This document shows, one piece after another, positions 10,876 through 23,686 of a stretch of DNA of 64,000 nt. Location of the stretch: the NCBI GenBank assembly GCA_021613535.1, contig CP075493.1, forward strand, positions 4,650,001 through 4,714,000, written 5' to 3'. Positions within the stretch are counted from its first letter, which is position 1. Every line of letters begins with the position of its first letter. The notes below the pieces were generated by a model, which had not been told where the DNA came from, did not search any database, and saw only the letters and a list, made by a program, of their open reading frames with translations. Source of the DNA: Adineta vaga (taxonomy: Eukaryota > Animalia > Rotifera). The position numbers were made by a program, and so were the translations under genes.

Positions 10876-13551
10876 ATGTCGAAAACAAAGTAAATTATGT
10901 CTTTACTATTAAAACAATATACTCAAAAGAAAGATTCGTTGTAGAAAATCAACTGAAAAACAATGGCATTCTGTGCTAAAGATAGATCATAATCATCGAG
11001 GAGAGATCATCTCAAGAGATGAATATAAACGTCAATCTAGAAGACAACATACTTCGAAAAGGTAATAAACTTAGTCTCTCATCTGCCCTCATTTCAAAAT
11101 GGTTGATCTTTCGATTATGATTTAGTAAACAAAGTCATTCAAAATCTCCCGGTCGAACGAAAACTTCTCAATCAAAAGTACGAGTTTGATTAGGATTATT
11201 ATTATCTATTCTAAAATCGTGTAGAAAAGAAAAGATTCCTCGGTTCGATCTCGATCTCAATCTCCTGATCAGCTTGAAATTGATCAATCCCAACGAGTAA
11301 CTTCGTTCGAAAATAAAAGATTTTCAATTTTATGTTGATGTTTCTTTCTATTAGACATATAAATCAAAAACTTCAGCACGCTCATCATCATCGAAACAAT
11401 CCACATGCGTACCGAATGTTTTACTCAGTCGTAATGTCACTCCTCGGGTACGATTCAATTTCATTAGAAGAAAAAAAAAGGAATGTCTTTGATTAAGTTT
11501 CATGAAAGATTTATTAAACAACATTTTTCTATTGACATAAACAAAGAAAATATGAAAATATGAAATCATTTTGACAGCCATGTGTATACGGTTAAACTTG
11601 AAGGATTGCAAAGAAACATTTCTTGTATATAGATCTTTCCACCTGGTGAACGATGTATGATTACTATGATGTATTTTGGATCCGAATTAAAGGTTGAATA
11701 TGATCGTGAATGGTTTGAACCTGATGGTGAAGAAATAATTGTTATGCAACAACATTGTGGAGGTGAAAATCTTGTTGCTTTCAAAGGTTTTCTTAAACCA
11801 AAAGGTAATTTGATTGATGAGAGAAATGTTCATGTGGAAAACGAATGCTTCATGTATTTTTTTTATTTTTTTTAGACATCTTTTCATTTGAATCCGCACG
11901 ACAAACGGATTATCCATTTGCATTAACATGTTTCATTAATGGAACGATGTATAATCGTTTGTCACTTTGTTGTGAATCAAGATGTAAAAATGGAATGAGA
12001 ATTGGTGGTAGACATGGTATGTTTTGTGTCATTGATGTTCAGAAAGAAAGACCATGTCGAAGGTATGTTATTTTGAATCATTATTCGTTTCTACTACTAT
12101 TGTCATGATATACCCTTAAGATGTCGATACGAGAAGCGTATGAAGAAATTGATGGAAGATGACGGAAAATCATCCGTATGTTTTTATATTATTTCAATTT
12201 TATTTTATTGTATTTCAAATAATTTACTTAGACTTCAAGTGAAAGACAACTTTGTCCAAAATCGACGAAGTCTTCAAGATTACGTTCGAAATCACCTGCC
12301 ATTCGTGAAGAAAATTCCACATCAAATACAAAGTCGAAGAAACCTGTACGATCTATCACAGCTCCAACTACTTCGAAATCAGTTACTGATTCCAAATCTG
12401 ATGCGAAGAAAAATGACACTTCGAAAGAGAGTTCGGATTCATTTGACTCTGATTCATCAAATGGTAAACCAGATGCTACTCGCAAACTAAATACTGACAC
12501 ACCTGCGCCGACTTCAAATCCAGATGATTCTGATGCTTCCGTTCAAGAGTTATCACACGTTCGATCGTCAAGTTCAGAAGCTTTTACTTCTCATAATCCT
12601 AATCCAGAAGGAACCGGAGCTTATCGAAAGAATTCGGATTCATCTGATTCTGAGTCGGCGAATAGAAAGGTAGCTGCTTCTCGTAAACTGAACGCTAATA
12701 CACCTGCACCGACTTCACATCAAGATGATTCTGATGCTTCCGTTCAAGAGCTATCACAATTTCGATCGTCAAGTTCAGAAGCTTTTACTTCTCACAATTC
12801 CAACCCGAAGGAGACCAGAACTTCTCGAAAAAATTCAAATTCATCTGACTCTGATTCATCAAGCGGTAAACCAGTTACTTCTCGAAAACTGAATGATAAC
12901 AACGACTAGAACTCTTACACCACTTCCACATTCAGATAGTTTGAATACATCGCCTCAAAGACAATCACCGTTACGAACACCAAGTCCAGATTCAGAAGGT
13001 AATCAATCATTTAAGTATGAACGGATGATCATATTCCCTTCTGTTCATAGAACGACCTCAATCACCAAGAAAATTAACGGTAAACTAAAACATTGTCATC
13101 ATCAAAAACCTACTTTATCTTATGACTATTTCTAGTCCACTCAGCAAACAAATTCAAATGGCAAATATAATAGTAGAACTTAGAAAAAAAACGATTTCTT
13201 TTTCCTTAAATTTTCTTGTTTCTCCTAGCCATTTCTTCACTTGTACAAAAACTAGGGAACAATGACTCATCAACGGTTTCACATACTGTATGTTTCGATT
13301 GAAAATAGACGTTCTTTAAAATCATATTTTTAGAACGACAATGAACGAAGCAGTTCACCTTCTTCAACTACATCCAATACTGGTCGTAACACAAGTTAGC
13401 TAAATTATTCATTAGAATATTAAATCAAATATCTTTTCTAGCTAACGATCAAGTTTATCCATGGATGAACCATCAACAAAGACAAAGTGATCAAGACAAC
13501 AAGCGAGATGCTGATGATTCAGATAACGACAACAAAGATGATTTCAAATGA
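10876..13551 (+). CDS. ERICH3-like DUF4590 protein, multi-exon
   Basis: IIVMQQHCGGENLVAFKG..YPFALTCFING..RLSLCCESR..RIGGRHG DUF4590 signature; Ser/Asp-rich C-terminal half; start and end from inferred splicing. Confidence 0.75.
12420..12895 (+). repeat. 201-bp (67-aa) coding tandem repeat, about 2.3 copies
   Basis: gatgattctgatgcttccgttcaagag at 12523 and 12724. Confidence 0.85.
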
Positions 13552-14085
13552 ATACTTCTCTTCAGTGATTATCAAACAAATATGAAAATTGCAAAAGAGA
13601 CAATCTACTGAAGATATTTATGTATTTTAAACCTTCATAATAAATATATGAACCAGCCATTTGTTTTCTACGTTTACATTTTAGACCATACCTAATGAAT
13701 TTTCTTCTTTTATTATTTTTTGAAAGTTTTCGATGTTGTAACCAAGTGTTCGAGAAGAATATTTGATCGTTGAAAAGAAAAGTACATGCTGACAGAAAAA
13801 GAAGAAAAAAAGAAACAAACAACTCATGTATTTTGAGATGAAAATTGGTTATTTTCATTTTTTTCGTTTCTTTTAATAGTCGTATGGAATAATGTAAAAT
13901 TCACACGTCAGTTTATTGTTAAGTGAAAAAAATGCCATATTTTCATGAAAAATAACGCTAATATCATGTATAATAACCGACATCTTTATGATTTCTTTTC
14001 TCTCGATTGAAAAATGTTTGGTCTTCAATCCAGTTCAAGTTCTTTCAAATCATAGTTATACTTAAAAATATTCTGTAGATATTCA

Positions 14086-15801
14086 ATGTTTAAAGATATT
14101 TCATCTCGAACTTTACTCATCATCATTATCATCTTAATAGGTCTTATCTATATAATCTATCATATTAGTATTTTAAAACCATTCATTGTACCATCCTATC
14201 AAGCAGTTAAAAATCATTCTTTATTGCTCAGTAGTGGTAATGAAGGATGGATCTCATCATCACTCGATGATCAATTTCGTTCTTATGCTTATTCACGAAA
14301 AAATACAATTGGAAAAATTGCAAAACAAATCCATGTCTGTAAAGATAATGCTACGACTCCACCATTGAATTATGATTATATACAATATATAAAGAGACCG
14401 AATTCATCATTTCATCCATATTCAACTTGGAAATGTTCAAACACATCTGTTACTGATTTTGAAAATGCTGGTGAATATTGTATCTTAACTAATATCTATT
14501 ATGATTCAAGTATTGATCAATATTATTTCTTTCAAGATCCATCGGATAACCGAACAATGAATCAACGAACTAAATTTAAAACACCTGCTGATGATATAGA
14601 ACTATTTAATATTACCGATATGACGTTTTTAAAACGTCCAATTTCTGCAATTTTGAAACGACCTGTTTTAGTTGCTGTTCCACCTGATTTAAACTATGCA
14701 CATGGATTTCTCGAAACTTGTGGACCACGATTTTGGGTTTTGGCTGAATGTCAATCTCATGCATCGTATATAAATCCGAAGACAATACAAATCTACTATA
14801 CATCTCGTATGTTCAATGGTCATCCACGTAATTGGAAACTTTATGAACGCCGATCTGATGGATCTTATCAACCTGTGAGATATTGGGAACGATTAATTCA
14901 TTCGATGTTTTCTATTTATCCTCTATTAACTTATAAATCATTTGATAATAGATTTGTAATGTTTAAATACATGATTTTTCCTGGTCGACAATTAGGTCGA
15001 TCGGCAGCATGGGGATATTCTTATCTGGGACGAAACTTTCAATCATATCCATTATCTACTGTACATTATCGTCGAGCATATTTAGCATATTCGGAATGGA
15101 TTTTATATCATTTTAGTTTACCATCGAAATTTGAATTAACATCAAGTCAAAAAGAACTACAAGAGACAAAACAATTCGAACAAATTCCTCTATGTAATGG
15201 ATCATGTTCAAGTAAACGACCAATTATATCTAATAGTAATTATACCGGTGAATGGATCGTTGTATTAAACCGTCGTGGGATGAATAATCGTGAAATTTAT
15301 AATGCAGATCAATTAGTTGAAGCTTTATTAGAAACATTTCCTGATCATTCGAATCCATATTTACGTGTTTGGCCAGAGGTATTTTATTTCAATGATAACT
15401 TCTATGATATCGTACGTATGTCTAGATCAATTCGATTATTAATTGGAGTTCATGGTGCTGGTCTAGCGAATAGTTTATTTATGAGACCAGCAGCTATTCT
15501 TTATGAAATCAATTCATATGGTTGTCGTGATTTATCATTTAATTTTCGTCGATGGGCTGAAGTTTTTAATCTTCAACATGCTCTATGGATTCCATCGCAA
15601 AGAAAAGCCAACACAGACCAATCTTGTTATCGAGAAATTGGAACAGAAGTAAACATTAAAGAAATTATCGATGAAGTGAAAAATTTATTAAAGAATGAAA
15701 TTGAATATCGAAGTGGATATTTAAAACGAGCATTGGATATAATGAATGATATGTCAATCGTTGATTATCCTCCAACTGGATATGAAAATGTTTTATCATA
15801 A
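14086..15801 (+). CDS. Glycosyltransferase family 61 (DUF563)-like type II membrane protein, intronless
   Basis: 571-aa ORF; N-terminal signal anchor; NYAHGFLE, RRGMNNREIYN and GVHGAGLAN motifs. Confidence 0.8.
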   Translation: MFKDISSRTLLIIIIILIGLIYIIYHISILKPFIVPSYQAVKNHSLLLSSGNEGWISSSLDDQFRSYAYSRKNTIGKIAKQIHVCKDNATTPPLNYDYIQYIKRPNSSFHPYSTWKCSNTSVTDFENAGEYCILTNIYYDSSIDQYYFFQDPSDNRTMNQRTKFKTPADDIELFNITDMTFLKRPISAILKRPVLVAVPPDLNYAHGFLETCGPRFWVLAECQSHASYINPKTIQIYYTSRMFNGHPRNWKLYERRSDGSYQPVRYWERLIHSMFSIYPLLTYKSFDNRFVMFKYMIFPGRQLGRSAAWGYSYLGRNFQSYPLSTVHYRRAYLAYSEWILYHFSLPSKFELTSSQKELQETKQFEQIPLCNGSCSSKRPIISNSNYTGEWIVVLNRRGMNNREIYNADQLVEALLETFPDHSNPYLRVWPEVFYFNDNFYDIVRMSRSIRLLIGVHGAGLANSLFMRPAAILYEINSYGCRDLSFNFRRWAEVFNLQHALWIPSQRKANTDQSCYREIGTEVNIKEIIDEVKNLLKNEIEYRSGYLKRALDIMNDMSIVDYPPTGYENVLS

Positions 15802-15940
15802 TTTGTTTTTGTTTTTTTCGACAAAGGTTATATGAATAGACTAACACATGATCAGTGTTTTTCATATGATAGAGCTGTTTTATAGATTTTTGTTCATGTG
15901 TTTTACACTATCCAAACATTTTCAAATTTACAAAAATATT

Positions 15941-15956
15941 AGCCCTAAAGAGGGCT
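15941..15956 (-). promoter_or_regulatory. Histone 3' stem-loop of the H2A gene
   Basis: Minus strand reads aaacccaac-AGCCCT-CTTT-AGGGCT about 55 nt after the stop; identical to the H2B element. Confidence 0.9.
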
Positions 15957-16009
15957 GTTGGGTTTTTAGTTAAATCTTGATGTTATGATTTAAGTAAAGT
16001 CAAGCTTAT

Positions 16010-16552
16010 TTAGGCTTTTTCAGCGGCTTTTGAGCCTGATTTTTCGCCAGCTGGTTTCTTTTTGCTTGGACCAGCTCCTGATGATGGTGCTGAAACAGCG
16101 CCACCTTCAGCTGTCTTCTTTGGTAAAAGAATAGCTTGAATATTTGGCAAGACACCACCTTGAGCAATGGTTACACCAGATAATAATTTGTTCAATTCTT
16201 CATCATTTCTGATGGCTAATTGAAGATGACGTGGAATAATACGTGTCTTCTTGTTATCTCGTGCAGCATTGCCTGCTAATTCAAGAATTTCAGCTGATAA
16301 GTATTCGAGGACAGCGCCCAAGTAAACTGGAGCACCAGCACCGACACGTTCAGCATAATTACCACGTCGAAGAAGACGATGAATACGACCCTATGATTTT
16401 AAGAAAAAAGAAGAATTTATAACTTTTTTTGTACATTAAATTTATTAAATAGATAAACTTACAACTGGGAATTGAAGACCAGCTCGTGATGAACGAGTTT
16501 TCGCTTTGGCGCGTGCTTTGCCACTTCCTGCAGTTTTACCACGTCCGGACAT
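16010..16552 (-). CDS. H2A: Histone H2A variant with extended C-terminal tail (156 aa; intron 16391..16462)
   Basis: [16 protein letters not shown]|[14 protein letters not shown] plus tail [33 protein letters not shown]; GTAAG..TAG intron, phase 0. Confidence 0.95.
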
Positions 16553-16804
16553 TGTGTCTTGATTTGTTTTACTTGACGAAAATGTAGAGAGAATGAATGA
16601 TATAGAGATTGAATCAATGTATTCTCTTCTCCTTTTATATGTCCATATAGTGAACAACTTTTTTGACCAATCATCTACGAACATTAATGATTGGTTGTTC
16701 AACTAACAATATATTAAACATATAAGAACGAAAGAAAAAAATCGTTTCGTTCTATTTCATTCGTACAGAAAGAAAGAAAAGTTAACGTCCATTTTTTTTC
16801 CATC
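16553..16804. promoter_or_regulatory. Bidirectional H2A/H2B promoter
   Basis: Divergent ATGs about 250 bp apart; CCAAT at about 16667 and ATTGG at about 16690; TATA-like boxes at about 16633 (-) and 16721 (+). Confidence 0.65.
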
Positions 16805-17188
16805 ATGCCACCAAAAACTCCATCGAAAGGCTCTAAAAAAGCCGTTACAAAAACATCAAAAGGATCGCCTGGTGCTAAAAACACCACCAAAAAGATTAAA
16901 CGTAGACGAAAGGAAACCTATTCGATCTATGTTTACAAAGTACTTAAACAAGTTCATCCTGATACAGGTATTTCATCGAAAGCAATGTCAATTATGAATT
17001 CATTTGTTAATGACATTTTTGAACGTATTGCTGCTGAATCAAGTCGTTTATCTCACTATAATAAACGATCAACAATTAGTAGTCGAGAAATTCAAACTGC
17101 TGTTCGTCTGTTACTTCCTGGTGAACTTGCTAAACACGCTGTATCGGAAGGTACAAAAGCTGTTACCAAGTATACTAGTGCTAAATAA
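16805..17188 (+). CDS. H2B: Histone H2B
   Basis: [32 protein letters not shown]. Confidence 0.98.
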   Translation: MPPKTPSKGSKKAVTKTSKGSPGAKNTTKKIKRRRKETYSIYVYKVLKQVHPDTGISSKAMSIMNSFVNDIFERIAAESSRLSHYNKRSTISSREIQTAVRLLLPGELAKHAVSEGTKAVTKYTSAK

Positions 17189-17233
17189 ACAATATAACAT
17201 CTAATATTTGGACAAAATATGTATAAACCCAAC

Positions 17234-17249
17234 AGCCCTCTTTAGGGCT
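17234..17249 (+). promoter_or_regulatory. Histone 3' stem-loop of the H2B gene
   Basis: aaacccaac-AGCCCT-CTTT-AGGGCT 45 nt after the stop. Confidence 0.9.
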
Positions 17250-18489
17250 AAGATTTTTTCTATTCATGAATGTTTGTATTCGAGTTACATAAATTGAATG
17301 CTATTCGCTTATTTTTTACACATATGAATTGAATGCATAAAATTCTCTTTTTTTCTCGATCGAAGTGACGAAAGAGAATAATATGATTTCACGATGCATA
17401 TGAACAACAGCTGGGTTTTCGTTCTCTTTCTCCTGATTGGTTCACTAACAACTTTTCTTAACTGACCAACGAGATGCATATAAACTTGTGTTAAGGAATG
17501 GCCTTGCATAAAACAAGAAAAGAAATGGAATAAGATATATGAGTCATTGTACAATCGTAGATGTTATTGTTGAATCCAATGTGATATACGAAAACTGCTA
17601 TACACTTAAATTATTTGATAATAGAAGATAAATTAATTCAAGTAAAGATTCTTTAAAGATGTAAAAACGAACTGAGACGGTATTTATGGTAAGCTTATCG
17701 TCATTTTAGTACCATGATGAAAAAAGGAAATTTGTTTTTATGAAATGTTGATATCTATTTTATATACGAATGATCTGTAGAGAATTGTGCTACATGTCCA
17801 TATCGGTGTACAAAAATTTACGAATATTTTATATAGATATAGACTTTATATCAGTTGTACTTACTTTAACGTTGATCGTTAGCCTGTATGAAAGTCAATA
17901 CAGTGCTATACTTTCATAGTTCGTGCTGCATCTCATGGTGAATCCAACCAATGATCTGTTTCATTTATAATTTTGTATTTACTGCATGTTTAACAATATA
18001 TTCTCAAACTTTTGCAAACATGTCTGTATACAACTCCAATAATCTTAATTAATGATAGTCATTGTATCAGTTCTTTACAGGAATACTACAGATATGAACT
18101 TTTGAAATAGTATCGGTGTTTTCGAAAATGAAATAATGTTGATAGAAACCATATGCTCAAGAATAAATTCCAAATTTATCGATAGTGCCATTTTGTTACC
18201 AAACAAACATATCGAGAGCATCAATCATACAAGAGCGACATCTAACTCTGAAGATCCCGATCGGTAGACAGTTATCCTATAAACATTACTAAATCGATAG
18301 AACAAACAGGATAGGTAGAATTGACATGACGTTATACTGAACTTTTACGTGTAATATATAGAAAATTAAATCTATGGCGCAGATTTTTTCCAAAATATTT
18401 CAGTTATCCATTTGATTAATATGTAACATATAAAATTAAATATCATTCATATATAGTTTAATTACAATTGAATTTGTGAACATACAATA

Positions 18490-21400
18490 ATGATTCTTCG
18501 AATAGTTCATATAACATATTTCTTTTTAATTTCAACGTTAATGATAAATGGTATGAAATTAGAAGAAAAAAATCAACTTCGTTCACAAGTGATTGATATG
18601 TTTAAGCATGGATTTAATTCTTATATGGTAAATAACATGACTTGTCAAATTAAACAAAAAGAAAGAAATTTGAATTTGTTTTTCAGAAATATGCTTTTCC
18701 AGCTGATGAATTAATGCCATTAAGGTAATAAAATTGACAATAAAATAAGTAATTTAATAATTTGTTTTTTTTTCTTAGTTGTAAAGGTCGATATAGAGGT
18801 TCAGAACCATCTCGTGGTGATATTGATGATGCTCTTGGCAAGTAAGTTATTATAAGAATACTTATAAAACAAAACGACTAACTCTTTTCAATAGTTTTTC
18901 ATTAACACTAGTGGATAGTTTGGATACATTAGCGGTAATCAATTTAAAATCAAATCTTTTTATGTTTTGTTTATTGAATATATATAATTTTTCTTTTAGA
19001 TTATGGGATTATTTGATGAATTTGAACTTGCAGTTCGACAAGTTATTCAATATGTATCATTTGATCGTGATGTTATTGTTTCAGTTTTCGAAACAAATAT
19101 CCGTATGATCGGGTAAATTGAAATTCTTTTTCTAATCTTAATATTTACCATTTAATTGAGAGACAATTTTGAACTATCGAATTCTCTTTTAGTGGTCTTC
19201 TCGGTGGTCATACATGTGCTAAATATATTCAAGCACACAATTCACCTCGTTTATCTTGGTATCGCGATGAATTATTAGTTCTTGCACATGATTTAGCTTT
19301 ACGTTTATTACCAGCATTTAATACTACAAGTGGTTTACCATTACCACGTGTTAATCTTCGTTATGGAATTGATTTAACATTATCGAAAAGTGATCGTGAA
19401 CGTTTTACATGTACAGCATGTGCTGGTACATTGATATTAGAATGGGCAACATTATCACGTTTAACTGGAAATCATTTATTTGAACAATATGCTGATCGTG
19501 CAATGTCATATTTATGGGATCGACGACATCGACAATCAAATTTAATGGGAACAATTCTTAATGTACATTCAGGTGATTGGATTGTACGTGAATCAGGTAT
19601 TGGCGCTGGTATTGATTCATATTATGAATATTTATTTAAAGCTTATGTACTTTTGGGCGAAAAAAATAATGATTATTTATCACGTTTTGAAGAACATTAT
19701 TCTTCAATCATGTCCTATGTTCAACGTGGTGTTGCTATGGTTAATGTTCATATGCATCAACCGTATCGTTCAACAAAAAATCATATGGATGCTTTATTAG
19801 CATTTTGGCCAGGTCTACAAGTTATGACAGGTGATATAAAATCAGCTATTGAATTACATGAAATGCTCTATCAAGTTGTTAAAAAACATAAATTTCTTCC
19901 TGAAGCATTTACAACTGATTATCGAATTCATTGGAATTCACATCCATTAAGACCTGAATTTGTTGAATCAACTTATTTTCTCTACAAAGTAAAAGAAAGA
20001 TAATTTTGAATTTCATTTCGAATCCTTTCATTTTTCATTATGTTAGGCTACGGGTGATCCACATTATCTCGAAGTTGGTCGAACAATTCTTACTAATCTT
20101 GAAGAACATGCTCGTGTTCCATGTGGTTATGCTGCTCTATCTGATATATCAACTGTTCAAAAAGAAGATCGAATGGATTCCTTTGTTTTAGCTGAAACAT
20201 TTAAATATCTTTATTTATTATTTGATTCAACTCCACATCGTTTTATTGATATTGATCAATTTATATTTACAACGGAAGCACATCTTCTTCCATTGAATTT
20301 ATTCTTATTCAATATAAATGATACATTACAAAATGAATTCAATCGAATGACATTAGAATCTATTCAACAATATGAACCACGAAATCTTTCAATAAATGAA
20401 CGACCAAGTGAACGAAAAGCAAAGAGTTATCAATGTCCAGTAATGGATGATCAATTTCAATCACATCAATATAAAGAAAATTTAAGACAGAACATTCGTG
20501 GCGATCAAGATATGACAGAAACAATTACAACAGCAGGAAAACATATGGAAAAAAGAAATAATAAGTGAGTGTTTCAAGTCAATCAGTGATAATTGAAGAA
20601 ATACATTTTTGAAATATTTGTCTTTTATTCAGTATTTCTTATCGTCGTTTGACGGCTGCAGAATTTTCTTCGGATAATTCCGATCATATTATTCAATTGA
20701 AACAAATGGGTATTCAACTGCAACCTCTACCTGATGGACGTAAGTATTCAATTGTTATATTGTCTTATTTCTTTTTCTTTTGTTTCTCTAGAAATTCAAT
20801 TAATCCATATGGCATCAACAGCTGATTCTATTGATGATGCAGAAAATGGTTTACATTTTATGCAAGAAATGATTGAATTTATGAAAAATACAAATCTTCA
20901 TGATAATTCTCTCATACATCGTATACCATTAAGTGTTATACCATTATTAATATCATCATCATCAAAGAAATCTATTCGTTTTCCTGTTGCTGCTGCTCAA
21001 TTTGGTCAACAATTACATGGAACTCAAGGAGTGAATATATATTCTCTCTGATCGCTCATATTTATCTCTATTCTATTTAGATCTTTGCTCAATTATATGT
21101 TGTTCAACCATTTTCTTATTTTCTCCACATGTTCATTCTCGTATTGGAATTATTCGTCGTGGTGATTGTATGTTTATTGACAAAGCTCGTCATTTGGAAC
21201 ATGTACATGCTGTTGGTGGAATTGTTATTGATCATAATCTTTCTTTAACATCATCAAGTGGTTCGATGTTTTCTATGACTGGTGATGGAAATAATAATGT
21301 ACAGATTCCTCTTGTACTTATGTTTAAAGATGAAGCATTTCAATTATTACATCTTTTATCGAAACAACCACAATTGATTGTTTATATAGGAGATGAGAAT

Positions 21401-21964
21401 TATTTGATGGAAAGTTTTTATCAACAAATTGATTATTTAGAAAGTCTAGTGGACTTATTGAAACAGAAAACATTAAGATGGTTTTATGGACAACAGGAAT
21501 TATTTGATAGAAAGACACAATGTTTTATTGTACCGAAGAGTTTGGAAAAGTTTGAATTAACAATTCAACAATATATGAATTATACAAGTAAGAAAAACTA
21601 AAGAGTAATATCAACTTTAATCGAATAGTTTAATCATAGAGAGCAATTAGTTCGAATCTATCTAATGGAAGCAAATGATGTTTAACTTGAAATTCAACTC
21701 TGAATTATTTGTGGATAACCTGAGCTTTGCTGATGCTTCCTCTACTCATTTTTCGAATAATCATCTTTGAAATTGTCTTTAGATAACGATCAGTTATCTG
21801 AACATTCATCCAATGCTACAGCAGATACTTATCGTACAGCATTAGATAAACTAATTCAATCAGTTTTTCCTACGGATAATCAAATATCATCTTCCAATAC
21901 TACTGCAACAAGTTCCGACAATAAAACTACAACTGATGCTCAAGAAACAAAGAAAGAATCCTAA
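18490..21964 (+). CDS. EDEM3: ER degradation-enhancing alpha-mannosidase-like 3 (GH47 + PA domain), multi-exon
   Basis: [32 protein letters not shown] and [17 protein letters not shown] motifs; PA domain [12 protein letters not shown]. Confidence 0.9.
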
Positions 21965-22637
21965 ACCAGTGTACGCTGCATCCTTTTTTATCTATCGTTT
22001 CCGGTGGTAGATCGCTTTATTTTTTCTAGTCTTAAAATTATCAAACTGAATGATTTTTTGATATAATATAACTGTATATAGCTATTATTTGATCCTTTAA
22101 TATCATTGTTGTTGTTGTTGTTGTTGTCATTGTTATATTTAAATTTCTCAAGAATATAAACCATTTAATAAACAGATGGACTAAATCAATAAAAATTAAT
22201 ATACATAGAACATAAAAAGTGAAGGGTTTGTAAGGACATATGGAATGTTTTTAAAAGTGATCGAACAGTTTTCAATTCAGTCATAACGGTATTGATATTA
22301 ACCATATGGTGACGAAAATTGACCATAAGAAAGTCAAAAATAACACTTTATTCAGTTAAAATCTCTAAATATCCTAAACATAGGATGCATAAATCGATTG
22401 TAATCACAAGACACGATATCATAATGTATGAAATTGAATATGTATTTTATTTAACTTCTTCAAATTTGTAAAAACAAATTTCTAATTAATAATTAATGTT
22501 ACTATTCTTCGACAATCAATGTATGTTATTTGTCAATCTGTGATAAGAGCCAGTCTTTTCGTGATATTGTGTTTTTGACTGTAAATCGTAATGAATTAAA
22601 AATAATATACATGGTATTCATTTGATTTATTACACAA

Positions 22638-23588
22638 ATGCATTGGTTTGAATATTTAGCATCGACATTTATGTTCATATGCAATCTAGTGGGAATTATT
22701 TGTACACTGATTTTTATAAGTGTATTCATTTTCAGTCGTCAATGTCGAACGACGACTACTATATTAGTATTGAATTCGATTGTGGCTGGTTTTATTCTTA
22801 ATGTTGTGTACGCTTGTCAAGCATGGTATCAACTTAGTGCTACTGAACCTGATCCACTTTGTAGATTTCGTTGTTTTTTAGTAAATATGACATTTGGTTT
22901 ACTTTATCATACATTTTGTCTTCATGCTCTGTATCGTTTGTTTATGACGATATCCATTCAACGAATCTATCTTCGATCAAAATGTATCCTCCTACTTATG
23001 GTATTTTTTCAATGGTTGATTTCACTAACATTTGCTCTTCCTATCCTTCAGAATAATCGAATTCAATTTAGCTTGGATAGTCGTGTATGTCAGGTATCAA
23101 TCGACGATATTTATACATCTGTTTATCTTGGAATATGGATTTATTTCTTTCCTCTGGCATTAATGATTGGTATTTATATTCGAATTGTAATGTATATTAG
23201 AAAACATTCATTACCAACTGTACTTCCTCAAAATATAGTTGATCAACAACGACAAAAACGTGAATTTCGTATTCATCGTCGTATTATTATACCAGTGATT
23301 GCTCTTTTTATAATGGGTCTTCCCTTTCTTGTCTTCTTTGCATTGAGTCAATTTATTCATATAAAAGTACCAAAAGATACACAACGAATTTGTTCGATGT
23401 TTGTTTCCTTTGGACAAGGTATTAGTATGTTACTTTGCTTGATGAATACGGAAAATGTTCGAAAATATATCAACAATAGAATTCGAAAAATCAAACGACG
23501 ACGTCAAAGACAACGACAAGTACAATGTATTAACGTTATTCAACTTCCAATTCAAAGATTACCTGTTAATCATGTTTATATTCGATAA
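22638..23588 (+). CDS. 7TM GPCR-like protein, intronless
   Basis: 316 aa with about 7 hydrophobic segments; Cys at TM3 start and in ECL2; ALYRLF at the DRY-like position. Confidence 0.75.
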   Translation: MHWFEYLASTFMFICNLVGIICTLIFISVFIFSRQCRTTTTILVLNSIVAGFILNVVYACQAWYQLSATEPDPLCRFRCFLVNMTFGLLYHTFCLHALYRLFMTISIQRIYLRSKCILLLMVFFQWLISLTFALPILQNNRIQFSLDSRVCQVSIDDIYTSVYLGIWIYFFPLALMIGIYIRIVMYIRKHSLPTVLPQNIVDQQRQKREFRIHRRIIIPVIALFIMGLPFLVFFALSQFIHIKVPKDTQRICSMFVSFGQGISMLLCLMNTENVRKYINNRIRKIKRRRQRQRQVQCINVIQLPIQRLPVNHVYIR

Positions 23589-23686
23589 ATCAACTAAATG
23601 ATTTTGTTAAATTTTATTTAAAAATTTCGTTTCATGCAGGATTATAATGACATAATACAAAACAAATTTGCACTGTATACAACTAG

